The notes under the pieces were generated by a model. It ran no database searches. It saw nothing but the letters and a program-made list of their open reading frames with translations, and was not told where the DNA came from. Positions 19,913 to 30,700 of a stretch of DNA of 64,000 nt are shown piece after piece. The DNA lies in assembly GCA_048885925.1 (NCBI GenBank), contig JBHLLG010000001.1, positions 131,105 to 195,104 of the forward strand, in the 5' to 3' direction. Position 1 is the stretch's first letter. Each line of letters opens with the position of its first letter. This DNA is from Candidatus Hermodarchaeota archaeon. Lineage in GTDB: Archaea; Asgardarchaeota; Lokiarchaeia; Sigyniarchaeales; SOKP01. The position numbers were made by a program, and so were the translations under genes.

Positions 19913-20671
19913 ATGCTTAAGGATTTTTACGAGAAACATAAAAATTTTTCTTTTAGAACATTATCAGAGTACTTCTTATCTCCTGGAATAAGATGCAAAT
20001 TTGATCTTTTGAAAGAGAATATTAACACTAAAAGAGAATTTTTTAGTGGTATTGATCTTGGCTCTTCTGGAAATTCTATTCTTTCTTTTTTAGATAATAT
20101 TAATCATAAATCTTTTCTTGATATTGCAAACCTCCCATTAAAGCAATATGTAAGTTTACCTGCCTGCCATCCTTTATGTGGTGATCTTATATCATTACCA
20201 TATAAAGATAACACTTTTGATTTTGTGAGTGCTCTTGATGTTTTAGAACATGTTAAGAATGATGAGTTAGCTGTATTAGAGATAAGCAGAATACTAAGGA
20301 AAAATGGAATAGCTGTAATTACAGTCCCTCACAGAATGAAATATTATACAAATCAAGATAAAATAATAGGACACTATAGAAGATATGAAATAAATCAAAT
20401 AATACCCATGTTTAATAAATTCAATTTAAGAAAATTAAAAATTTTTGGTGTGTATGGTAGTTTGATGATAATTGCAGATATTCAATCTGCCAATCCTAAA
20501 AAAGTAGAAAAAAATCTTATAGATTTAAGAAAGAAGTATGAATCTAACAGTATTTTTCGAAAATTTTGGAATATAATAGTTAGAATTTTTTCCACGTTCA
20601 TGAAAATAGATGCTAAATATCATTCTAATAATAGAATTAGAAATTTAGGATTAGTCTTTATAAAAAAATAA
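19913..20671 (+). CDS. Class I SAM-dependent methyltransferase (Methyltransf_11-like)
   Basis: IDLGSSG, LPYKDNTFD, DVLEHV, ITVP..GHYRRY. Confidence 0.82.
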   Translation: MLKDFYEKHKNFSFRTLSEYFLSPGIRCKFDLLKENINTKREFFSGIDLGSSGNSILSFLDNINHKSFLDIANLPLKQYVSLPACHPLCGDLISLPYKDNTFDFVSALDVLEHVKNDELAVLEISRILRKNGIAVITVPHRMKYYTNQDKIIGHYRRYEINQIIPMFNKFNLRKLKIFGVYGSLMIIADIQSANPKKVEKNLIDLRKKYESNSIFRKFWNIIVRIFSTFMKIDAKYHSNNRIRNLGLVFIKK

Positions 20672-20683
20672 ATAATTCAAAAA

Positions 20684-21076
20684 TTACTCAAGATTTCTTT
20701 TTTTTATTTTTTCGAAAAGTTTTTTATATTCTTCTATATACTTCTCTTCATTTGTTTGTTCAATCTTTTTAAGAAGTTCTACTGATTTTGTTAGAATCTC
20801 AGATTCCTTTTTGATTTTTTCGTAGTATATTTTTTTAGTTTCTGAAGTTTTTGCTAATTGTAATTGATCTTCATACTCTTTAATTGATGATTTAATTTCA
20901 TTTTGAGACTTAATTACAGATAATGCTAATTCCTTCTTTCTTTGTTCTAATTTTATGCAATTTTCACATACTATTTCACCCGAAATTTCTTGATCCTTTT
21001 TAACCATAAACGGATTTCCACAAAGAGTACAAGGAACAAGCTTTAAAACAAAATTGTCGTTGTTAGAATCGGGCAT
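20684..21076 (-). CDS. Hypothetical zinc-ribbon plus coiled-coil protein
   Basis: CTLC..CENC followed by a long K/E-rich helical tail. Confidence 0.7.
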   Translation of the reverse strand: MPDSNNDNFVLKLVPCTLCGNPFMVKKDQEISGEIVCENCIKLEQRKKELALSVIKSQNEIKSSIKEYEDQLQLAKTSETKKIYYEKIKKESEILTKSVELLKKIEQTNEEKYIEEYKKLFEKIKKRNLE

Positions 21077-21207
21077 ATTTAAATGATAATTAAATGCTAA
21101 CTTAAATATTTACTTAATATTATTATCTTGTCATAATAATATATTATTATTTTATTTAGTTCTCCCTTTATAGAAAAATAATAAAATCTTAAGGTTTTTC
21201 TAATAAT

Positions 21208-22005
21208 ATGGATATAATTGCATTTTTAATCTTATTAATTTCTGGGTTTGTATTTGGAATTATTAGTAGTATTGCAGGAGTAGGAGGGGGTGTCTTTTTT
21301 GTCAGTTTTATGGTGCTTTTATATGCAATTCCTATTAATATAGCAATAGATACATCAATATTAATTATTTTAATCTCCTCTGGAGCGGGATGTATTACCT
21401 ATTTTAAAGCTGAAAGACTTAATTTTAAACAAGTCTTAATTTTTTCTTCTTTTTCAATATTAGGTGGTTTTTGCAGTACTTTATTATTTTTATTTATTGA
21501 GTTAGATAATACTATTTTAAAAATATCGTTTGCATCAATTTTATTAGTAGCTGGATTAAATATGATTTATAAAGCAATTAAAACTAAAAATGAGAAAGAA
21601 AATCAGGATGGTATAAAGTTTACCAATGTTGATTTACAACTCCATGATTACAAAACTAACTTAAAAAAGTCAATACCTTTATTCTTTCTAGCGGGATTTA
21701 TAGCAAATTTATTAGGAGTCGGAGGAGGAATTATTAATACCCCTGTGCTTCATATTATCCTTAATTATCCAATCCATAATGCCACAGCTATATCTGTAGG
21801 AATTATTTTTTTTACGGCCATCTACAATACTATTGCTAAAAGTATCGTTGGTCAAATTAATTACATTATTGGTATTTTTATTGGAATAGGTTCGATAGCA
21901 GGCTCTATATGTGGAGCAAAAATTTCTGGTAAAATGCCAAAGAAACAATTGCAATTTTTTGTTGCGATTGTATTGATGGGTTTAGCCATAAGAATGTACT
22001 TTTAG
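21208..22005 (+). CDS. Sulfite exporter TauE/SafE family membrane protein
   Basis: Duplicated GVGGG motifs, about 8 TM segments. Confidence 0.9.
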   Translation: MDIIAFLILLISGFVFGIISSIAGVGGGVFFVSFMVLLYAIPINIAIDTSILIILISSGAGCITYFKAERLNFKQVLIFSSFSILGGFCSTLLFLFIELDNTILKISFASILLVAGLNMIYKAIKTKNEKENQDGIKFTNVDLQLHDYKTNLKKSIPLFFLAGFIANLLGVGGGIINTPVLHIILNYPIHNATAISVGIIFFTAIYNTIAKSIVGQINYIIGIFIGIGSIAGSICGAKISGKMPKKQLQFFVAIVLMGLAIRMYF

Positions 22006-22111
22006 AAGGTGATTATCAAAAATTTATAAATTTTGATACTTAAATTTTAATTGGACACTTTCAAAAAATATGATATCTAATCCAAATTAAAAAGTAAATT
22101 CGGAGAAAAAA

Positions 22112-22342
22112 ATGGTAAAAGTAAAGGACATTGAGAAGATTATGGATGATTTTATGATTGAAGCAGATGATAAATTTATTGATATCAAACGTTATCTTCT
22201 CAGCGAGTTTGATTGGAAAGTAGATCCTCATAAGAAATCACAATTTATGATTAGAGGCATTCCAATAGAAGATAATATGAAATTAAGTGATTTATTAAAA
22301 TCCTATTTACCTGATGAAGTGTTAACTCTTAGAGAAATTTAA
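22112..22342 (+). CDS. Small ubiquitin-like (beta-grasp) protein lacking C-terminal Gly-Gly
   Basis: 76 aa; FMIEADDKFIDIK and QFMIRGIPIEDNMKLSDL align by eye with ubiquitin LEVEPSDTIENVK and RLIFAGKQLEDGRTLSDY; ends LTLREI. Confidence 0.62.
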   Translation: MVKVKDIEKIMDDFMIEADDKFIDIKRYLLSEFDWKVDPHKKSQFMIRGIPIEDNMKLSDLLKSYLPDEVLTLREI

Positions 22343-22411
22343 AAATGGTAAATTAGCTTAACCTAATTTTTGATTAATAATTATTTTTGTTATAAATAAA
22401 GTAAATACATT

Positions 22412-23512
22412 ATGGTGAAATTGATTAAATCTGAAAATAATAATGAAATTTCTATTAGTGATCAAATAAAAAAGTTTGCTATAAATGGTCTTTATGGATT
22501 TAATACCATTATATTAATTGGAATGGGTAGACGTTTAGGTATTTTTAATTACTTACATGAAAAAGCTAAATCATCATATAGTTCTGGTAAAAATACTGAA
22601 ATAATTTTTACACCAATCGAACTTTCTGAAAATTTAAATTTGGACTTTAAATATTTAGATGGTTTTCTTCATTTGGCTCTTGAATGTGGAATATTTGAGA
22701 TTGAAAATTCTGAAAAAAAAATTTTGAAAACAGCGCCTTATGTATATGATTTACTTATCGACCGAAATAATGAATTTTATATTGGAGGGACGCTTGGTGC
22801 ATTCTATTATATAGCTCCAGCTCAGGATACATTAATAGAGCATTTTAAAACAGGTAGAGTATGGAGTATCAATGATTTACCTGGAGATGTTATGAAAGAC
22901 ATACAGGAACGGGGTGCTAGGTTTGGAGCTTTAGTAGAAAGATTGTTTTCCAAAAAATTTGAAAATTTTTGCAATAATATCAAAGGGAGAGTTACCATTC
23001 TTGAGGTAGGATGTGGATACGGATTTAATTTAGAAACCTGGGCAAAAAAATATAAAAAGATAAGATTTGTTGGAATTGATATCGATCCTATTGCATTAGC
23101 TCATGCAAAAAAAATAATAGATATAAATAATTGGAATGAAAGGATTGAAATTTTTGAGACTACTGTTGATAAATTTAGCCACTCCTTCAAAAAGAAGTTC
23201 GATTTGATTATATTAAATCAAGTTCTTCATGAGATGAACATTGATGAGAATTACCGAAAAGATGTATTTAAGAATCTATATTCCTTGTTGAAGGATGATG
23301 GGATTCTACTTATTGGAGAGAGTATGATTCCTGACACTTTTGCTCCAAAAAAAAAATTCCAACTTTTTGATATTACTCACAAGTTTACAGAAGTAAAGGC
23401 TTCACTTTTTTACGATGAAAAAACCTTTCGAGAGTTCATTTCCTCAACACCCTTTACACAATCAGAATTTATCAAAGAGGGTGGGAGTAGTATATGGGTA
23501 ATTAGAAAGTGA
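22412..23512 (+). CDS. SAM-dependent methyltransferase with N-terminal winged-helix/dimerisation domain (Rv2258c-like architecture)
   Basis: GRRLGIF..ELSENLNLD N-terminal region; LEVGCGYG, GIDID, FDLII..LHE. Confidence 0.82.
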   Translation: MVKLIKSENNNEISISDQIKKFAINGLYGFNTIILIGMGRRLGIFNYLHEKAKSSYSSGKNTEIIFTPIELSENLNLDFKYLDGFLHLALECGIFEIENSEKKILKTAPYVYDLLIDRNNEFYIGGTLGAFYYIAPAQDTLIEHFKTGRVWSINDLPGDVMKDIQERGARFGALVERLFSKKFENFCNNIKGRVTILEVGCGYGFNLETWAKKYKKIRFVGIDIDPIALAHAKKIIDINNWNERIEIFETTVDKFSHSFKKKFDLIILNQVLHEMNIDENYRKDVFKNLYSLLKDDGILLIGESMIPDTFAPKKKFQLFDITHKFTEVKASLFYDEKTFREFISSTPFTQSEFIKEGGSSIWVIRK

Positions 23513-23572
23513 AAAATTAACTCAATAATCTCATCAGTTTTACATCTTATTACTTTTTGTGCTCTTATAAAT

Positions 23573-23683
23573 AAATTTATTAAGAATAAAATGAAAAGTT
23601 TGATTAATAAACTAATAATTAAAATAAGGGCAAACTAAATAGATCCTATTTTAAGTGAATAAATTCACCTCTAGCGTTCTCAT
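23573..23683 (+). promoter_or_regulatory. Putative TATA-like box and conserved palindromic leader upstream of TPR-nitrilase copy 1
   Basis: AAATTTATTAAG at 23573; AGGGCAAACTAAATAGATCCTATTTTAA at 23627-23654 contains the inverted repeat AAATAG-ATC-CTATTT; near-identical copy upstream of copy 2. Confidence 0.6.
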
Positions 23684-26600
23684 ATGGCAGAATTAACTCA
23701 AGTAGAAGATTTATTGGAAAAGGCATTAACTGAAGAAAATGCTTATAACTGGAAACAAGCAGCGAAACTATATAAACAAATTGCAGAATTGTATTTAATT
23801 AGGGGAGCCAAGGAAAGAGCAGCTGAAAACTATATGAAATGTGGAATGTCGTATTTTGATGCTGTAAATGCATCAGAAAATGTTGGTGAATTAGAAGAAA
23901 ATACTAAATACTTACTCAAATCCCTGAAGGCCGGTGCTAAAATCAATAAGGAGATTGGAAATATGTCTGACGCGTTAGAATGTGATGGATTAGTATTTCT
24001 GACTCAAGCACTATATTTTATGGAGGCCAAGCAAGAAATCCTGAATTCAGCTAAACAATCTTTTGAGTTTCTTAATAAAGCCATCGAACTTTTTGATAAA
24101 GAAAAAACAAATAAAAATGATCTAGCGAGAAAATTATATAATTGTTCATTTGCTACGGTTTTCCTAGTTTATTGTAGTTTCGATAAAATAAATTTAGATG
24201 AAACCTTGCAAAAAGGTTTCGATTTCGCGTATGATGCTTGGAAAATATCAAAAGATGTTAAAGACTTGAAAATTCTCACTGATTCACTAGATTTGGAGAT
24301 CAATAATTTATGGAGTTTAGTTGCTTTCTTAAAAGATTTCCAGAAAGATGAAAGTTGGATTGAATATTTGAGAAATTTTCTTGTAAGGTGTGATGAAAGC
24401 TTAAAAATTATAGGAGAATGTAAAAATTCTCGCATACTTCGATCGATTTATTCAGCTATGGGTTTGGCTTATGTTAACCTTGCGCATTATTATATTGAGG
24501 AAGAAATAGAACAACGAAAATTATTTGATAAGGGTTTGGACTTTCTGGAACAAAGCATAGAATTTGCTCGAGAATCAAGAAATAATAATGCTTTAATTTA
24601 TCTCTTATATTGGATAAATTTCTTAGCCCTTGTAGCTGGTAAAATAAACTTTCTTCAAAAAAGAATTAGTAATGATATTGATGAGATCACCAAGATAGGA
24701 GTTATATTTGAAACTACAAATTTAGCTTCATACCCATTTGCATATTACTTACCTGCTTTTTATTACTCAAACATTGCTCAGTGGAGCATTTTTACTCCAA
24801 CCCAAAGAATTTCTTATGCTAAAAAAAGTATTGAGTATACTAAAAAAGCTTTAGGAATATCAGCAAGTACACTTGTTGATACTTGGATGTGTCAAGCGTT
24901 AGTCTGGTCATATTCTCAATTAATTAATCTAACAGCAATAAAAGAAGAGCGTAAAGACCTTATTCAAAAGATGCTTAAGTTTACGAATCAAGCTAAAAAT
25001 TTTGGAGAAAAATCTGAAGGTGGCTTAATTCGTGCCGCTGGTTATTCTTCCATATATAAGGCTTATAAAACACTAGCAGATATTGCTGAAAATAAAGAAG
25101 AAAAAATTAAAACTTTAATTATTGCCGTTAACGCGAATAAAAATTATATAAAACATGCTAGGGAATCTAGAACTGGTAATATATCAGCTAGATTGCGATT
25201 AGGACTTCTATATGAAGAATTAGGTATTTTATCATCAAATAACGATACAGTTCTCCAAGCGAGAGAGTTATTTGATAAATTAATTGATGAATGCATTGAT
25301 AGAAGATATTACTCGTATGCTGCTGCTGCCTGTGAATATTCTGCTCGGATTGAAGACAGATTAGGCAATTATCTTGTTTCAGCAGATTATTATGGAAGAG
25401 CTAAAAATGGATATTCGGATTCATTGAAAAATGCTGAATATAAGCTCCTTAAAAATAGAATTAATGAAAAAATAAATTATGTAAATGCTTGGAGTTTTAT
25501 TGAAAATGCAAAAGCATCCCATAAAAAAGAGAATCATCTTAAAGCTAAGGAAAACTATGAAAGAGCTATTGAAATTTTAAAGAATCTACCAAATTTTAAG
25601 TTTGAATCAAAATATTACTTAGCTTGGGCGGAACAGGAAGAAGCTGAAAGACTCAGCAAACTTGAGAAACACAAGGAAGCTACAGAACATTATGAAAAAA
25701 CCAAAACAGTTTTTGATGATTCTATAAAAGTCATGGAGGATGTGGCTAATAAGATTAAAGATAAATTCACATTAGAAAGGATAAAAAAACTTGAAAAAGT
25801 AGCACGATTACGAATTAAATACTGTTCAGCTAGATCAAATGTAGAAAAAGCGAGAATTCTAGGAAAACAAGGTGAATATTGTGCTGCTGCTGAATTGTTT
25901 GCTTCTGCTGCATCTGAATTTAGAGATGTTTGCAATTTATTTAAAATTGAACGAGAACGAGGAGAACTTGAGGCAGTTTATTATCTCTGTAGAGCATGGG
26001 AAAGCATGGAACTTGCTGAAAAATATTCTGACCCAGAAAGATTTGCAAAGGCAGCAACCCTATTCACTAAAGCAAGTGGACTTTTTAGTGATAGTAAATT
26101 AAAATTACTCGCATCTGGTAATTCCGCATTCTGTCAAGCATTGGAATTAGGATGTGAATTTGATGAAACTTTTGAATATAATTTAAAAGCTGAATTGTAT
26201 CCAAAAATAAGGTCAATTTTAAGAAAGGCTGCCTCCTCTTATGAAAAGGGGGGTTTTGAAAACGGAAGTAATTGGGCTTTAGCAACCGCGACTCATTTTG
26301 ATGCTACTTGGTCCTTGATTAAAGCGGATGAAGAATTAGAATTTGAAGAAAGGAAAAAACTGTTGGGAATTGGATCGGATTATTTGAAATCAGCAGCAGA
26401 ACTTTTTAGTAAAGCAGGTTATAATGATAAAGAAAGAGAGATATTAAAACGTTTAGACATGGTAGAGAAGGAAGAAAAAATTATTTTTTCGGCTTTAAAT
26501 TCAATTGAAAAACCAAAAATATCAGGAAGTACCGTTGGAATTATCGCTCCGGCATGTTCATTAGAAACTAGCCAATCCCCTAGATTAGGTGAAGTTACTC

Positions 26601-27523
26601 AATTTACTCTAGAAGAAAGAAGAGCCATTGTAGAGAGATCTGCTAAAAAAAAATATGAAATAATCTATAGAGATTTGTTTAAGGAATATCCAAGAGCTCA
26701 AAAAAGAGAATTTAAAGTTGGCATTGCCCAAATTGGCGTATCTAAATCAGGTAATATTATGGGAGAATTCTATAACATGACATCTTCCGGTCTATTGGGA
26801 CTCAGAAAGGATAAAGTTGAAAGTATCCGAAGTATTGTTAGAAATATGATTGAAAATGCGAATAAAGAAGGTATTAGCGTTTTAATTTTCCCAGAAATGT
26901 CAATTGACCTCAATTACGGAGAATTTTTAGAAGATATTTCATATTTTGCCAAATTATATGAAATGTATATAATTCCAGGCTCTTTTCACAACCAAGGAAC
27001 AAAACAAAATATTGCTATGGTTTTTGGACCAGATGGGATTCTTTGGGAACAAGAAAAACATATTCCTGCTATAATACATTTTAGAGGAAAAAGATTTAAG
27101 GAAAATATAGAAATTGAAGCCCTCCCTCGAAAAATATTTGTATGCAATACCGAATTTGGCCGAATAGCGATTGTTATTTGTCGTGATTTCCTTGATATGG
27201 ATTTGAGGGTAGAGTTAAAAAATTTTGAACCTCCTGTTGACATTATTTTGAATCCTGCCTTTACACCTGTTACTTCTGATTTTAAAGCAATACACTTCGA
27301 TGCTCGGAGATCTATCTATGCTTACTGTTTTTTTGCTAATATTGCTGAATTCGGTGAATCTTTAATATACACTCCAGAAAAGGATCGCACTGAAAGAATT
27401 CTTCAAGCAAAAGAAGAAGGTTTAATATATAAAGAAGTGGATCTATTTAAATTGCGTTCTGAACGGAAAAAATGGGAAAAAAAAGAAAATAATGAAGTCA
27501 AATTCATTCAAAGTACAAGATAG
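23684..27523 (+). CDS. Giant TPR/SNAP-like alpha-solenoid protein with C-terminal carbon-nitrogen hydrolase (nitrilase superfamily) domain, copy 1
   Basis: About 950 aa of helical repeats; then VGIAQIG, LIFPEM (Glu), IIPGS, QEKHIP (Lys), FGRIAIVICRDF (Cys), NPA, ANIA..GES. Confidence 0.88.
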   Translation: MAELTQVEDLLEKALTEENAYNWKQAAKLYKQIAELYLIRGAKERAAENYMKCGMSYFDAVNASENVGELEENTKYLLKSLKAGAKINKEIGNMSDALECDGLVFLTQALYFMEAKQEILNSAKQSFEFLNKAIELFDKEKTNKNDLARKLYNCSFATVFLVYCSFDKINLDETLQKGFDFAYDAWKISKDVKDLKILTDSLDLEINNLWSLVAFLKDFQKDESWIEYLRNFLVRCDESLKIIGECKNSRILRSIYSAMGLAYVNLAHYYIEEEIEQRKLFDKGLDFLEQSIEFARESRNNNALIYLLYWINFLALVAGKINFLQKRISNDIDEITKIGVIFETTNLASYPFAYYLPAFYYSNIAQWSIFTPTQRISYAKKSIEYTKKALGISASTLVDTWMCQALVWSYSQLINLTAIKEERKDLIQKMLKFTNQAKNFGEKSEGGLIRAAGYSSIYKAYKTLADIAENKEEKIKTLIIAVNANKNYIKHARESRTGNISARLRLGLLYEELGILSSNNDTVLQARELFDKLIDECIDRRYYSYAAAACEYSARIEDRLGNYLVSADYYGRAKNGYSDSLKNAEYKLLKNRINEKINYVNAWSFIENAKASHKKENHLKAKENYERAIEILKNLPNFKFESKYYLAWAEQEEAERLSKLEKHKEATEHYEKTKTVFDDSIKVMEDVANKIKDKFTLERIKKLEKVARLRIKYCSARSNVEKARILGKQGEYCAAAELFASAASEFRDVCNLFKIERERGELEAVYYLCRAWESMELAEKYSDPERFAKAATLFTKASGLFSDSKLKLLASGNSAFCQALELGCEFDETFEYNLKAELYPKIRSILRKAASSYEKGGFENGSNWALATATHFDATWSLIKADEELEFEERKKLLGIGSDYLKSAAELFSKAGYNDKEREILKRLDMVEKEEKIIFSALNSIEKPKISGSTVGIIAPACSLETSQSPRLGEVTQFTLEERRAIVERSAKKKYEIIYRDLFKEYPRAQKREFKVGIAQIGVSKSGNIMGEFYNMTSSGLLGLRKDKVESIRSIVRNMIENANKEGISVLIFPEMSIDLNYGEFLEDISYFAKLYEMYIIPGSFHNQGTKQNIAMVFGPDGILWEQEKHIPAIIHFRGKRFKENIEIEALPRKIFVCNTEFGRIAIVICRDFLDMDLRVELKNFEPPVDIILNPAFTPVTSDFKAIHFDARRSIYAYCFFANIAEFGESLIYTPEKDRTERILQAKEEGLIYKEVDLFKLRSERKKWEKKENNEVKFIQSTR

Positions 27524-27639
27524 TTAGAACTATCTCTAAAACTATGGAACTAACTTTGAATGAAAAATATTAAAGTAAAAGCAGAATAAAGAAATCTAAA
27601 TATCTTAAATAATTACCATCTTAATCTTGAATTATAATT

Positions 27640-27747
27640 AAATTTATTAAGTATAAAACGAAAGATTAATCAATATAAATTAGTATTCTATAGGGCAAAT
27701 TAAATAGATCCTATTTTAATTTACAAATTTAGTTTTTAATCTCTCAT
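27640..27747 (+). promoter_or_regulatory. Putative TATA-like box and conserved palindromic leader upstream of TPR-nitrilase copy 2
   Basis: AAATTTATTAAG at 27640; AGGGCAAATTAAATAGATCCTATTTTAA at 27692-27719, one mismatch to the copy 1 motif; both leaders end TCTCAT-ATG. Confidence 0.6.
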
Positions 27748-30700
27748 ATGACTGAACTAACCGAAGAAGAAAATAATTTATTGGAAAAGGCATTAGCAGA
27801 AGAAAAAATTTATAATTGGTTGGAAGCAGCCAAATTATACAAACAAGTTGCTAATAGTTATTTGAAAAAAAATCTTCTAGAAAAAGTTGCTGAAATTTAT
27901 AAGAAGCTTGGATATTCATATTCACGAGCAGCTTTCACTGTAAAAACAAATGAACAATTTGTACAATATATCAAAGAAACCATAAAAGCTTATACAGATG
28001 CATTGAATATTTTTGAACAAATTGGAAATAAAGCTATGAAATTTGAATGTGAAGCGGAAATTTTTCTTTTCAGATCATATATAACAGATTCTTTTTCAAC
28101 ACAAAAGAAGGACCTCATCAACTCATATGAGCTTTTCGTTAAATCAAGCATAGAATATTCTAAGGAAGATTACCAAGAACACATTGCCAGAGTTTTGAGT
28201 CACGGTGCCTATGCTTGTATAGCAAGTGGTTTTTCTATAATTGATCTTAAAGAATTTGATGATCATTATCAAAAATGTAAAGATATTGCCCTTAAGGCTC
28301 AAGAAATTTCGAAGAAAACTGAAAATGTTCAATCTCTTGCCTATTCGTTATGGGCAGAGTATTATTTGACGTTAATTCAAGTTTATATAAAACCATTTAG
28401 ATGGAATGAGGATTGGAGAGAAGTTTTCAAAAAATATCTATTAAAATGCGATGAAAGTTTAACTTTAATTGAAAAATATGATGATTTAAAAGCTTTAGCT
28501 ATGATTTGTATTACTTATGGCAATGTAAGTGGGTTTTTTTCGATTCATTTCATTGAGGACGAAAATGAGCAAAGAGAGTATATGGATAATGCATTGAAAC
28601 TACTAGAAAAATCTTCAAATCTTGCTAGAAAATTAAACGATATTGCTTTAATAAATGAGTCTATATATTGGTTGGTTATGTGGTCTATGCTTGGAGGTAG
28701 AGTTAAGTATCTCCAAAATAAACTTGCTACTAACCTTGAACGGTTTATAGAGATAGGAAATATATTTAAAGACACGTATACTATATGGAATTTCCAAGAA
28801 AATGTTTTATTAGGAGCTTATTATGCTAATATTGCCCAAAGGAGTTTCTTCACATCAGATCAGAGGAAATCATATGCCGAAAAAGCAATTGAATATGCAA
28901 AAATAAATTTGACGAATATGCCAGATTCACCTTTTATTTCAGATTCTCATTTAGCATTAACATGGGCATATTCACAATTAGTTATTCTCGGTAAAAAAAA
29001 AGAATTGCAGAAGATTAATGCCCAAAAAATGCTTCAATATGCAGAAAAACTTGGAAAAATTGCTGAGAAATATGAAGGCGGGTGGGTTCGAGCATATGGT
29101 TATTCATCTCTCTATAGAGCCTATAAAACTCTCGCGGATATTGCTGAGAGTGAAGAAAACAAAATTGAAATGTTATCACTTGCCATAGAAGCTTCCGAAA
29201 AGTATATGGAGCATTCAAATGAATCTCGAACAGGTATCATTACAGCTCAAGTACGCTTAGGACTTCTTTATGAAGACTTTGGCATTTTAACTAAAAATAA
29301 TGATATATTTATAAAAGCAAAAGATTTATTCCTCCAAGTAGCGAAAGAAAGCCAAAAAAGAGGGTATCAATCTTATACAGCCGCAAGTTACGAATACTTA
29401 GCAAGAATAGAAGATCGCTTAGGTAATCATACAGCTTCAGCAAATTATTATGAGATGGCACAAAATGCATATGGTGAATCATTAAAAAAAGTTGATTATA
29501 AACCATTAATAAAGAGAATTAATGAAAAATTGAATTATGCTAAAGCTTGGAACTTAATTGAAATTGCTAAAGTTAATCATAAAAGTGAAAATCATCAAAA
29601 AGCTAAGGAGAGCTATAATGATGCTTGTGAAATCCTAAAAAGTCTGCCAAGTTTCAATTATGAAGCAAATTATTATTCTGCTTGGTCATCTCAGGAAATT
29701 GCGGAACAACTAAGCAAACAAGAAAAACACGAAGATGCTATTAAGCAATATAATATAACTATAGATATGTTTGAAAATGCAATTGCAATCCTAGAAAAAC
29801 GGTTAAATAAATCTAAAGAAAAGATAGAACTTGAAAGAATCGACAAAATTATAAAAGTAGCCAAATTAAGGACATCATATTGTTCCGCTAGAATAGATGT
29901 TGAAAAGGCAAGAATCGTAGGAAAACAAGGTGAACATGTAACAGCTGCAGAATTATTTGCTTCAGCAGCATCCCAGTTTAGATATGTTTGCAACCTATTT
30001 AAAACTGAAAAAGAACGAGTAGAATTAGAGGCTGTATATTATTTATGTAGAGCTTGGGAAAGCATGGAACTTGCTGAAAAATATGAAGATCATGATAGGT
30101 TTTCAGAATCTGCTAATTTATTTATAAGAGCAAGTAATTTATTCACAGATAGTAAATTGAAATTATTAGCATCAGGTAATTCTTCTTTTTGCCAAGCTTT
30201 AGAACTTGGATGCGAATTTGATGAGACTTATGATTCTGAAGTAAAAGCTCAATTGTATTCTAAAATTAAAGCAATGTTAAGGACAGCAGCGTCTTCTTAT
30301 GAGAAAGGAGGTTTTAAGAATGGTGGTGATTGGGCTTTGGCTACATCTACTTATTTCGATGCAGTATGGCATTTAATAAGGGCGGATGATGAGTTAGAGA
30401 TTAGCAACAAAAAAAATCTTTTAGATATCGGAGCTAACTATTTAAGATCAGCAGCGGAGCTTTTTAGTAAAGCGGGATATAAAGATAAGGAAAAGGAAAT
30501 TTTAGCCCGTTTGGAAAGATTGAAACAAGAAGAAAAAATATTAGTTTCAGCTCTAAATACAATTAAAAAACCTGCGATATCTAGCAGTACAACGGGTATA
30601 ATTGCTCCTGCCTGTTCATTAGAAACTAGTCAATCGCCCCGGTTGGGTGAAGTATATCAGTTCACCGAAGAAGAAAGAAGAGTAATAGGAGAAAGAGTAG

